Below are positions 53,837 through 62,746 of a stretch of 64,000 nucleotides of DNA, one piece after another. The notes under the pieces were generated by a model. That model was not told where the DNA came from, searched no databases, and was given only the letters and a program-made list of their open reading frames with translations. Made by a program: the position numbers and the translations under genes. Every line of letters starts with the position of its first letter. The first letter of the stretch is position 1. Origin of the DNA: a virus. The stretch lies in the IMG/VR virus record IMGVR_UViG_3300034105_002260. One strand, written 5' to 3'.

Positions 53837-56165
53837 TCCATTTATTAAAGTTACTTGGGAAGATACACCAGAAAACTTTACTCCTGAAAAAATCAGAAGA
53901 GTAAAATCTTATTTTCAAGACAAATACAAAGGAAAGAATATCCAGGTCATTACCAAGAGTTTGGTTAACACTTCCAACGTACAATTACAATCGTTGGAGG
54001 CATCTGATAGTATATTAGATAACCAATATCAAAAAGGTTTGATGAAAGATTTTATTAAGGAAAATGGAATCACAACTAAATGGGAATTGGTTGATAGGTT
54101 AGATAATAGAGTTAACGGAGAAATCGATAAGTTAAATCAAAATAAAGTTCGTTACAATAAATGGTATATCAAGAAGATTGAGTTTTCTAATTTTCTTTCT
54201 TTTGGTGAAGATAACGTAATTGATTATACCTCATTAGATGGTATTACAGTTATTGAATCCACACCAAAGAACTTCGGAGGTAAATCTACTTCTTCAGTTG
54301 ATTTATTGATGTTCTTATTTTTTAATTCAACAACCAAAACTAAAACAGCAATTGAAATATTCAATAAGTTTAGTGATAAAGATGAGTTGAGTGTTAGAGG
54401 TGAAATTACTATTGATGGTGATGATTATGTTATTGAAAGGAAACTATCAAGAAAGAAAACCAAAGTAGGTGAATACAACGTAACCAATAAACTTGAGTTT
54501 TATAAGAAGAAGGAAGATGGTACCGTTGAGAACTTAACTGGTGAACAAAGAAGAGAGACTGAAGCATTTATTGAATCGGCTATTGGTAGTGAAGAAGATT
54601 TCTTGGCAACCATTATGACCACAGGTAACAACTTAGAACAGTTAATTGAATCCAAACCAACGGCACGTGGACAAATCCTAACTAAGTTTATGGGATTGGA
54701 GAGTTTAAAAGTAAAGGAAGACATAGCGAGAGGAATATATAATGATTGGAGCAGAAAGTTGGTATCTAATACATACAACATTACTCAATTGGAGATTGAT
54801 AATACCAATTATCAAGACAGTATCACCAATTCTGAAAATGAAAACGAAAGATTAAATGGTGAACTAACTAGATTAGATAAACACCTAAAAGAATTGGAAG
54901 GTAGACGTGATACTGTGTTAGGTTCTCGTAATAACGATATAGATAGAGAACTAATTAATACCAACCCAACTTTACTTGAAAGAGAAATAAATGATTTAAC
55001 GAAACAAAAAAATAGTAGTCAGGTAAATGCGGACGGTGTAAGTGTTGTTGAACCTTCAAAGTATTATGAAGAAGATCAACACAAAGAGTTAAGAGGTGAG
55101 ATGGCAAATCTTCAAGGAATTGATGTTGCTTACAAATACGAAAAGACTCAAAGAGAAAAACTAATTAAACAATTTGAAGAAGGAACAGTTTGCCCAACTT
55201 GTAATCGTGCATTAGATGAAGTTGATCACACCGATGAGATTGAAAAGATTAAAAAAGAAATTGAGGACATCATTAAAGAGATAGAATTAAATCAGATTCA
55301 ATTTGATTTATTAAAACAACAATCCGAACAATTTGATGCACTAAGAACCGAATTTGATACTTACGAGAGAAACAAACTTCGTAAATCTCGATATGAGTTG
55401 GAGGTAGAACAAAAACAACTAGAGATTAGTAATAAACAATTAAGGTTAGATAGATACGACGATAATAAAAAGAAATTAGAGGAGAATCAAAAAATAGATG
55501 CTGAGGTTATTGCGTTAAGAACTAAGATTGATACTGCCAATGCTGATATTAGAGTTACAAACATCACTATTGAACGACATAAATCAAATATTGAAACAAT
55601 GAAAGAAAAAATTGGAGTCAATAATGATTTGATTGTTAAGATTAAAGGTGAGGAAGAACTTGGGAATACATTCAAAACTTACTTAACCATTTATGGTAAG
55701 AATGGTATTTCAAAATTGATTATGAAAAATATGATTCCGCTATTAAACCAGGAGTTGTATCGTTTATTAGTTGATAGTTGTCATTTCATTTTAGAATTAA
55801 ATGTAAACGACAAGAATGAAGTTGAGTTCTTAATGATTGATACCGAAACAAGAGTGGTAAAACCATTGAACTCAGGATCTGGTTATGAAAAGACAATCTC
55901 ATCATTAGCATTGAGATCAGTATTAACAAAGATTTCATCATTACCTAAACCAAACATCGTGGTTATGGATGAGGTGTTTGGTAAAGTGGCGGATGAGAAC
56001 CTAGAGATGGTTGGTGAGTTCTTTAAGAAGATTAAAGATTACTTTGAACATATTATAGTAATTTCCCATAACCCTTTAATCCGTAATTGGTCGGACAATA
56101 TCATTATGATTAAGAAAGAGGAAAATATCTCTTCTATTGATTATATCACAACAAAAATTTCGTAA
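53823..56165 (+). CDS. sbcC: SbcC / Rad50 / gp46-like ATPase
   Basis: NFLSFG, Walker A NFGGKST, coiled coil with CPTC hook, SGSGYEK, VVMDE, ISH. Confidence 0.9.
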   Translation: MKYNNPFIKVTWEDTPENFTPEKIRRVKSYFQDKYKGKNIQVITKSLVNTSNVQLQSLEASDSILDNQYQKGLMKDFIKENGITTKWELVDRLDNRVNGEIDKLNQNKVRYNKWYIKKIEFSNFLSFGEDNVIDYTSLDGITVIESTPKNFGGKSTSSVDLLMFLFFNSTTKTKTAIEIFNKFSDKDELSVRGEITIDGDDYVIERKLSRKKTKVGEYNVTNKLEFYKKKEDGTVENLTGEQRRETEAFIESAIGSEEDFLATIMTTGNNLEQLIESKPTARGQILTKFMGLESLKVKEDIARGIYNDWSRKLVSNTYNITQLEIDNTNYQDSITNSENENERLNGELTRLDKHLKELEGRRDTVLGSRNNDIDRELINTNPTLLEREINDLTKQKNSSQVNADGVSVVEPSKYYEEDQHKELRGEMANLQGIDVAYKYEKTQREKLIKQFEEGTVCPTCNRALDEVDHTDEIEKIKKEIEDIIKEIELNQIQFDLLKQQSEQFDALRTEFDTYERNKLRKSRYELEVEQKQLEISNKQLRLDRYDDNKKKLEENQKIDAEVIALRTKIDTANADIRVTNITIERHKSNIETMKEKIGVNNDLIVKIKGEEELGNTFKTYLTIYGKNGISKLIMKNMIPLLNQELYRLLVDSCHFILELNVNDKNEVEFLMIDTETRVVKPLNSGSGYEKTISSLALRSVLTKISSLPKPNIVVMDEVFGKVADENLEMVGEFFKKIKDYFEHIIVISHNPLIRNWSDNIIMIKKEENISSIDYITTKIS

Positions 56166-56181
56166 TTTAAAATAAAACAAT

Positions 56182-56189
56182 TACATTTG
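56182..56189 (+). promoter_or_regulatory. Bacteroidota-type -7 promoter element (TAnnTTTG)
   Basis: TAcaTTTG about 20 nt before the clpP ATG. Confidence 0.45.
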
Positions 56190-56210
56190 TACACAATAAA
56201 AACTTACAAT

Positions 56211-56885
56211 ATGACACCAAACGATTACAAAGGTTTCGGTTTATTTGCCAAGGACCAAGGAGTTAGTTCAATGAACTTACACAACTACAATAAGAGAGTA
56301 GAAAATAGTTTAACCCCATATATCTTGGAGGAAAGACAAATGAACGTTACCGCAATGGATGTATTTTCACGTTTGATGATGGAACGTATCATTTGGGTTG
56401 CTGGTGAGGTTAATGACCATATGTCAACCATTGTACAAGCTCAGTTGATGTTCTTGGATAGTATTGACAGAAATGACATTACAATGCACATTGACAGTCC
56501 AGGTGGTTCAGTTAAGTCTGGATTATCTATGGTGGACGTTATGGAATATATTGGTTCCGATATACGTACCATTAACACGGGTATGGCGGCCTCTATGGGT
56601 TCAGTCCTACTTGGAGCAGGGACGAAGGGTAAACGTGGTTCCTTGAGGTTCTCACGTACTATGTTACACCAATCATCGGGAGGGGCAGGTGGAAATATCC
56701 AAGATGCTCGTATCACTATGATAGAATGGGAGAAAATCAACGACACATTGTTCGAATTGTTGGGTGGATATTGTGGTAAAGACGCTGAAATCGTTAAAAA
56801 CGATGCAAGTCGAGATCTATGGTTGGGAGCACAAGAGGCTCTCGATTACGGAATTATCGATGAAATAGTTAAGAAAAAAAGTTAA
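56211..56885 (+). CDS. clpP: ATP-dependent Clp protease proteolytic subunit
   Basis: DVFSRLMMERII, IDSPGGSV, GMAASMG (Ser), MLHQ (His), RDLWL (Asp). Confidence 0.92.
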   Translation: MTPNDYKGFGLFAKDQGVSSMNLHNYNKRVENSLTPYILEERQMNVTAMDVFSRLMMERIIWVAGEVNDHMSTIVQAQLMFLDSIDRNDITMHIDSPGGSVKSGLSMVDVMEYIGSDIRTINTGMAASMGSVLLGAGTKGKRGSLRFSRTMLHQSSGGAGGNIQDARITMIEWEKINDTLFELLGGYCGKDAEIVKNDASRDLWLGAQEALDYGIIDEIVKKKS

Positions 56886-56890
56886 TATGA

Positions 56891-56920
56891 AAGGGGACGA
56901 AAGTCCCCTTCTTCATTTCT
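56891..56920 (+). terminator. Hairpin / terminator after clpP
   Basis: aaggggac-gaaa-gtcccctt followed by pyrimidine-rich tract. Confidence 0.65.
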
Positions 56921-56945
56921 TCATATTTATAATAAAACACATAAT

Positions 56946-57281
56946 ATGAAGATTAATAAAACAAATATCTTATTAGTTTTGATTGCTTGTTTAGCCGCTT
57001 ATACCATTTTTCAAAATCAAGGTATAAAGACTGACGTTGCGGGATATAACGCTAAAATTGAATCCTTACAAAAGGATATAGATTCAGTTTACACAGCAAA
57101 CAAAGAGATAGACAATCAAATTGAAAAAGTTGATAATCACATTGTTAATGTTGATAAAGATATCGACAACGTGACAAAAAACATAACTATTATTAAAAAC
57201 AACACAGATGAAAAAGTTAATTCTATTACCACTATTGGTAATGTTGAGCTTGAGCAGTTATTCGCAAACAGATACAACTAA
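56946..57281 (+). CDS. N-terminal membrane anchor + coiled coil (spanin-like candidate)
   Basis: Hydrophobic N-terminus, heptad repeats, overlaps next gene. Confidence 0.5.
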   Translation: MKINKTNILLVLIACLAAYTIFQNQGIKTDVAGYNAKIESLQKDIDSVYTANKEIDNQIEKVDNHIVNVDKDIDNVTKNITIIKNNTDEKVNSITTIGNVELEQLFANRYN

Positions 57282-57633
57282 AGTTATAGTATTGGATACT
57301 ACTAAAGTTATTTTACCAACAAAAGTTGCTAGATTGGTTTTTCAAGATTTACTTCGTTATGACGGAGCTAAATTGGAAATTGTCGAATTAAACAAAGTCA
57401 TATCCTTGAAAGATAATCAAATTGGGTTATTCAAACAAAAAGACACCCTTAAGGACCAAAAGATTGGTAACTTAGAATTAATTATATCTAAGAAGGATCA
57501 ACAATTTGATTTAGAAAGACAAAAATCTGAAAGTTTATTAAAAGAACTTAAAACACAAAGAACAAAAACGTTCTTTTATAAAATTGGTTCTTTTGTTGGA
57601 ATAATTGCAACGTCCATACTTTTATTAAAATAA
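57208..57633 (+). CDS. Signal peptide + coiled coil + C-terminal TM protein (lysis accessory candidate)
   Basis: MKKLILLPLLVMLSLSSYSQ; C-terminal hydrophobic helix. Confidence 0.5.
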   Translation: MKKLILLPLLVMLSLSSYSQTDTTKVIVLDTTKVILPTKVARLVFQDLLRYDGAKLEIVELNKVISLKDNQIGLFKQKDTLKDQKIGNLELIISKKDQQFDLERQKSESLLKELKTQRTKTFFYKIGSFVGIIATSILLLK

Positions 57634-57634
57634 A

Positions 57635-58276
57635 ATGAAGAAATACATTAACACCAAGAACATTATAATTGTTATATTAATAATTCTTTTGTTTTTGGTA
57701 TTTCTTAATCCAGGTGGATATGTTCCAATGAGAACAAAGTTTGTTCCAAAAATTGATTCGGTACCTTATGCGGTTCACGATACATTATTTGTTGATTCTT
57801 TAGTTGAAGTTGAGGTTGAAGTACCTGTTCCATATGAGGTTGAAAAAAGAGTTGAGGTTCAAGTTATCCAACCAGTGGACACTATGGAAATATTAAAAGT
57901 ATTTTACACTAAGAATGTTCAAAAAAATGTGTTAAATTTACCTAACGGTGTTGGGACAATTACTTTGACCGATACTATTGTTGAGAATAAAATAGTTGGA
58001 ACATCATTTGATTCTAAAATTAAAAAACAAATCGTAAGGGATACACTTCGTTTACCTGAAGAAAAGAAAAATAAAATTTATTTTGGTGTCACCGCCCAAG
58101 TTGACGGACCAAACCTTATTAATGGTTTAGGTATGGGGTTACTATATCAAACTAAACAAGATAAAATATTTAAAGTGGGTGTCGGTGTGAACAATTGGGT
58201 AAAGGACGGCACGAATGGTACATTTACCCCATATGTTGATGCGGGAATCTATTGGAAGATTAAAGTAAGACGATAA
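57635..58276 (+). CDS. Membrane-anchored protein with C-terminal amphipathic beta strands
   Basis: N-terminal TM, VEVEV stretch, ends YVDAGIYWKI. Confidence 0.5.
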   Translation: MKKYINTKNIIIVILIILLFLVFLNPGGYVPMRTKFVPKIDSVPYAVHDTLFVDSLVEVEVEVPVPYEVEKRVEVQVIQPVDTMEILKVFYTKNVQKNVLNLPNGVGTITLTDTIVENKIVGTSFDSKIKKQIVRDTLRLPEEKKNKIYFGVTAQVDGPNLINGLGMGLLYQTKQDKIFKVGVGVNNWVKDGTNGTFTPYVDAGIYWKIKVRR

Positions 58277-58280
58277 TACT

Positions 58281-58724
58281 ATGAAGACATTCATACTTTT
58301 CATCTTTGGGACGTTTGAAGATCACGAAGATATAGCATTTTTTTGTACTGAGATTTTAGGTAACTCAACCGCCATTAAATCTTTAAAGTATGTTATTGAA
58401 AGTTCACAAAATATAATTGTTATATTTGATTCAGAATTAGAACATAAAGATTTATCACAAGAGCTCTACGGAGTATTGATTTCCGACGTTGTTAAGTTTT
58501 ATTTTCTATTTGAAAGATCATCATTAGTGTGTGCTCACTTACCAGAACAAGTGAAGGATTTTATATTTAAACCACTACCAGAATCATCGGCAATTGAAAT
58601 CAACTACATAAAAAATATCCCCGAACAGATGGACTTAGATGAGGTCCTTGAAAAAATAGAAAAGACGGGAATTGGCAGTTTAACGGACGAAGAAAAAAAC
58701 TTCTTAGATAATTTTGAGAATTGA
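58281..58724 (+). CDS. Hypothetical protein with DUF6576-like C-terminal helix pair
   Basis: LDEVLEKIEKTGIGSLTDEEKNFL. Confidence 0.5.
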   Translation: MKTFILFIFGTFEDHEDIAFFCTEILGNSTAIKSLKYVIESSQNIIVIFDSELEHKDLSQELYGVLISDVVKFYFLFERSSLVCAHLPEQVKDFIFKPLPESSAIEINYIKNIPEQMDLDEVLEKIEKTGIGSLTDEEKNFLDNFEN

Positions 58725-58780
58725 TTTTTTTTTATTATCTTTATCCAATATAAACAATAAAACTGCTTTCGCCAACAACT

Positions 58781-59596
58781 ATGAAGAAATCCATCATCAT
58801 CAACACCGAGGAAATCCAGCAGTACATAAAGGATATCCGTAAAATTCCAGTAATTTCACACGAAAGACAGGAACAAATTTTCAAACTTTTAATTTCCAAA
58901 GAAACACCCAAGAAAGAGAAAACAGATTTACTCAACGAGTTAGTTGTTGGTAACTTAAGATTTGTTATTTCTGTTGCAAAAATGTACCAGAGTCAAGGTA
59001 TGGACATTATGGATTTAATTTCAGAAGGAAACATTGGATTAATAAAAGCAGCGGAAAGATTTGACCCAACAAGTGGTTTAAAATTTATTTCATATGCGGT
59101 ATGGTGGGTGAAACAATCTATAATGGCATCTCTTAACGAGAATTCTAGAACAATTAGAATCCCATCCAACTTAGTTCAGGAAGCTCAGAAACAAAGAAAG
59201 AGAGAAGAGGTTGGGATTGAAGATCAATTTCATTTAGATAAAGATAACGAACCAATTGTAGGACAAAACTTACCCTACTGTATTGGTTTATATAATGAAA
59301 TTAATGAAGATGGGGACACACTTATTGATTTAATTCCAAATAAGAATGCGGATGACCCTGAAGAATTTTTAAATTCACCGGAGGAGATTAAGAAGAAAGT
59401 TGCCCTAATGTTAAATGTTTTAGATGAAAGAGAAAAAATCATTATTACGAAATATTATGGATTAACTGGGGTTGAATCTAATTTGGATGATTTAGGTGAA
59501 GAATTTGGGTGCACCAAAGAACGTATTAGACAATTACGTGATAAGGCCATTAAAAAGTTACGTAATGAGAGTTTTGGTCTATTAAACTATTTATAA
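58781..59596 (+). CDS. Sigma-70 family RNA polymerase sigma factor (RpoD/RpoH-like, no region 1.1)
   Basis: NLRFVISVAK, DLISEGNIGLIKAAERFD, KFISYAVWW, region 4 TKERIRQ. Confidence 0.92.
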   Translation: MKKSIIINTEEIQQYIKDIRKIPVISHERQEQIFKLLISKETPKKEKTDLLNELVVGNLRFVISVAKMYQSQGMDIMDLISEGNIGLIKAAERFDPTSGLKFISYAVWWVKQSIMASLNENSRTIRIPSNLVQEAQKQRKREEVGIEDQFHLDKDNEPIVGQNLPYCIGLYNEINEDGDTLIDLIPNKNADDPEEFLNSPEEIKKKVALMLNVLDEREKIIITKYYGLTGVESNLDDLGEEFGCTKERIRQLRDKAIKKLRNESFGLLNYL

Positions 59597-59624
59597 AAAC
59601 AAAAATTATAACTATTATTATAAT

Positions 59625-59918
59625 ATGAAAAAGCTAATAGAATTAATAAAAACATATAAACTTCAGATATTGATTTTTCTAACAATCATTTTCTTTTTTC
59701 GCTCTTGTAGTAATTCAAGTAAAGTGGGTAAGTTAGAAAAAATTGAGAAACAAAACGTTGCTACGATTGACAGTCTTAAAATTGCAAATAAAAACGAAAA
59801 AATAAAGATTCACAGTTTTTATGATAATTGGATAACACAAAAGGATAGAGGACCACAATTAATGGAACTTCATTTTATTGTTAAGGAAAACCTAAAAAAA
59901 GAACAAGAATCTAAATGA
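59625..59918 (+). CDS. Small membrane-anchored (possibly lipo-) protein
   Basis: Hydrophobic stretch followed by RSC. Confidence 0.5.
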   Translation: MKKLIELIKTYKLQILIFLTIIFFFRSCSNSSKVGKLEKIEKQNVATIDSLKIANKNEKIKIHSFYDNWITQKDRGPQLMELHFIVKENLKKEQESK

Positions 59919-61144
59919 AACATTGGCTCAACACACATTATAAAACATTAATTATTGCTGCGTTCTTGATACCTATCTTGACCGTAGCGGTGGTTTCAAT
60001 TTCACACGTCACTCAATGGTACGGATTATCTAATCCAGTAAGTTGGGCGGTATACTTGTCAATCGGTATTGAAATTGCTGCGTTATCTGCATTGGCGGCT
60101 ATCTCGGCAAATATGGGATCTAAAGTTTATTTCCCATTTGCAATTGTTACAATAGTACAGTTCATTGGTAATGTATTTTTTGCGTATTCGTATATTAATA
60201 TCGATTCTAAACAATTTAAAGATTGGGTTGATTTGGTTTCACCTTTTGTTGAGTTTATGGGTGTTGAACCAGGTGATTTTGTTGGACACAAAAGATTTTT
60301 AGCATTTTTCGCTGGAGGTATGTTACCAATTATTTCATTATCATTTTTACATATGTTAGTTAAGTTTACTGAAGAAGATAGAAACAGAGAAATACTTTCT
60401 GAATCAAAAGAAAACACTTCAAACCCTGAAGAATTAAAACAATTTGTTGACGAATCAACAAGAGTTAGATTAAGTGATGAAGATTTAAAGATACTAGAAG
60501 AAGCGTTATTAAATCCCCCACCACCAAATGATGAATTAAAGAAGGCAGCGGAAGAATATAAAAGACGCGGAGAGTTATTGGCGGAGATAATGAAGAATGA
60601 TGAAGAATTGGGTTTATATAACGAACCATTTGATAATCCGTTAATTAAAGAACCTCATCATTCACCTCAAAATGCGGAAGAAATGATGTTAACCACCAAT
60701 AGTGACATCATTGAATCGATACCAGCAGATGATGACGTATCCGATTGGGATGTAACTTTAATGGATGGTTTGGAAGATGAGGAACCTTTCTTTACAGAAC
60801 AAGAAATGGAGAATATTTTACAAGAAGAACCAACAGAAGAAGAAATCCAAGGAAATTTTTCCACTATAGAACCTGAAACGGAGAATATTTTCCAAGATAA
60901 TCAATCTACAGAATTTGAAATCCCAGTTCAAGAAGGTTGGGAAGTTCTCGAAGAAGGAGTTGACGAATCTATTTCTGAACCATTTGTAACACCCATTGCA
61001 ACACCCGAACCCACTCAAACAATAACGGTAATTTTGGATGAAAATAAATTCAAACCGTTTGATGTGGATTCACAAATTGAACAAACAAGAATAGAAGAAG
61101 TTAATCCATTACCTGAAGTGATGGATGAAAAAAAAAATCTATAG
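59915..61144 (+). CDS. Multi-pass membrane protein with long acidic tail
   Basis: About four TM segments in the N-terminal 150 aa; Glu/Pro-rich remainder; ends just after an A10 run. Confidence 0.65.
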   Translation: MKHWLNTHYKTLIIAAFLIPILTVAVVSISHVTQWYGLSNPVSWAVYLSIGIEIAALSALAAISANMGSKVYFPFAIVTIVQFIGNVFFAYSYINIDSKQFKDWVDLVSPFVEFMGVEPGDFVGHKRFLAFFAGGMLPIISLSFLHMLVKFTEEDRNREILSESKENTSNPEELKQFVDESTRVRLSDEDLKILEEALLNPPPPNDELKKAAEEYKRRGELLAEIMKNDEELGLYNEPFDNPLIKEPHHSPQNAEEMMLTTNSDIIESIPADDDVSDWDVTLMDGLEDEEPFFTEQEMENILQEEPTEEEIQGNFSTIEPETENIFQDNQSTEFEIPVQEGWEVLEEGVDESISEPFVTPIATPEPTQTITVILDENKFKPFDVDSQIEQTRIEEVNPLPEVMDEKKNL

Positions 61145-61413
61145 AAAACCCATTGGATTTGGTGGAAAACCCCCTCTTAAACACAAGAGGTGGTCAATTA
61201 TCACCTTTGGATCTCCAGGAGTTACCGAATAATAATGATGACCTGTATTGGGAAAACGATGAAATTGTAATCCCAACTCAGGTCATTTCTGATTTGAGTA
61301 TTGAAGAAGAAAACTCAAGTCCAATAGACGAAGGTTCACAAACAACAACCACACCGTCTAAAAAAGTTATATCAAGGAATGTTAGTAATTCACAACGTAG
61401 ACGTTTTAGATAA
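61129..61413 (+). CDS. Acidic ORF in the -1 frame, probable frameshift extension of the upstream gene
   Basis: Frame opens at the A10 run (61128-61137) right after an in-frame TGA; no ATG; similar composition. Confidence 0.4.
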   Translation, partial: KKKSIENPLDLVENPLLNTRGGQLSPLDLQELPNNNDDLYWENDEIVIPTQVISDLSIEEENSSPIDEGSQTTTTPSKKVISRNVSNSQRRRFR

Positions 61414-62002
61414 GGATAAACTTAACATAGTAAAACGAAAGTCAAAAAAGACACAAATATTCCTTTACGATACTCAGAGAAGGTCGGACGATTTTATAAA
61501 CAAAATACGTTACCGAAGAAATGGGAAGTACGATAATGTCCCACATTTTCTTGTTACTAAATTAGGGATGGTTTATCAATTATTCGACACTAACCATAGT
61601 TCGAATACATTTGACAACCCGAAGAACGATAAGAAAATGATTAAAATAGCCGTCGAAAATCTAGGATGGTTAAACAAAAACACAATCACAGGATTTCTTA
61701 ATAATTGGATTGGTGACCCATATAGGTCGGAACCATACATTCGAAATTGGAGAGGTCACTTCTTTTGGGATAGATACAATGAGACCCAAATTGGGGCCTT
61801 ATCTGAACTATGTGACCTATTGTGTGATAAACACGATATATTCAAACAAGTAGTACCATCTCAAGGATATTTAGAAAACATATCTAATTTCAAAGGAATT
61901 GTATGCAAATCAAACTTTTCTAATATTTATACAGATATAAACCCTTCATTTAATTTTAGATTATTATTTAACTATGGAAAAGAGACAGATATCAGGATAT
62001 GA
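61379..62002 (+). CDS. Amidase_2 / PGRP-fold protein with degenerate Zn ligands
   Basis: IFLYDT, PHFLV...G.VYQL, IAVEN, YNETQI.AL..L, DINPSF. Confidence 0.6.
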   Translation: MLVIHNVDVLDKDKLNIVKRKSKKTQIFLYDTQRRSDDFINKIRYRRNGKYDNVPHFLVTKLGMVYQLFDTNHSSNTFDNPKNDKKMIKIAVENLGWLNKNTITGFLNNWIGDPYRSEPYIRNWRGHFFWDRYNETQIGALSELCDLLCDKHDIFKQVVPSQGYLENISNFKGIVCKSNFSNIYTDINPSFNFRLLFNYGKETDIRI

Positions 62003-62501
62003 CGATACAAAGAAAATGTTGAATACGTTAAGAAAACTTAACGAATCAAGATCATCGTTCAATACCCTTAAAGAGGAATTAGAACCCCAACAATCGGGTA
62101 TAAATCCACAATCAACCCAAACAGATGGTGATGCTGTTGACGTGGTTAATGACGTTGACGTTAAGTTAGTATCAACTGACAACGCCGATTTAAAATTAAT
62201 GGATGATCAGAAAACCACAATATCTGGGGTAATCGATTCATTTAGAAATGAAGTATCACAAATAGCTGACCTGAAACCAGGTATCACTATGAATCAAACA
62301 CAAATTAGATTAGATGGGACAATAACTGATAACGATATCAATTTCGTATACATCGTTGGGGATGAACCAGGTTTATATATTAATGCGGATATGTTAATGA
62401 TAGATGCGGATGCGTTGACAGAGTTAACCAAATTATTAAAATTTGAGGCGACATTCAAAACAACGATGGAACCATTATTAAGACAAAGAAAAACTAACTA
62501 A
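61974..62501 (+). CDS. Hypothetical protein (possible head-associated)
   Basis: N-terminal LNES / LKEE; TATTTAT at 61924-61930. Confidence 0.55.
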   Translation: MEKRQISGYDDTKKMLNTLRKLNESRSSFNTLKEELEPQQSGINPQSTQTDGDAVDVVNDVDVKLVSTDNADLKLMDDQKTTISGVIDSFRNEVSQIADLKPGITMNQTQIRLDGTITDNDINFVYIVGDEPGLYINADMLMIDADALTELTKLLKFEATFKTTMEPLLRQRKTN

Positions 62502-62506
62502 CTAAG

Positions 62507-62746
62507 ATGGCACTAAACGATTCAGACAAAAAAGAAATAGAAAGAATTAGTAGGAAAGAAATCAAAGATTTTATGAGTTCTACTAATGCCCAATCTATTG
62601 TTGTTAAAATGATTCAAGCCGAATTGGGAACAAAGAAGGTGGACGATAAAATAATCGACTTATCAACCAAGGTGGTTGTTGAGTTATTTAAAACATTATG
62701 GCAAAGAAAGTCATTTTGGGAAACAGCATTAAAAAATGTTAGATAA
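62507..62746 (+). CDS. Small hypothetical protein
   Basis: 79-aa ORF coupled to the next gene. Confidence 0.6.
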   Translation: MALNDSDKKEIERISRKEIKDFMSSTNAQSIVVKMIQAELGTKKVDDKIIDLSTKVVVELFKTLWQRKSFWETALKNVR

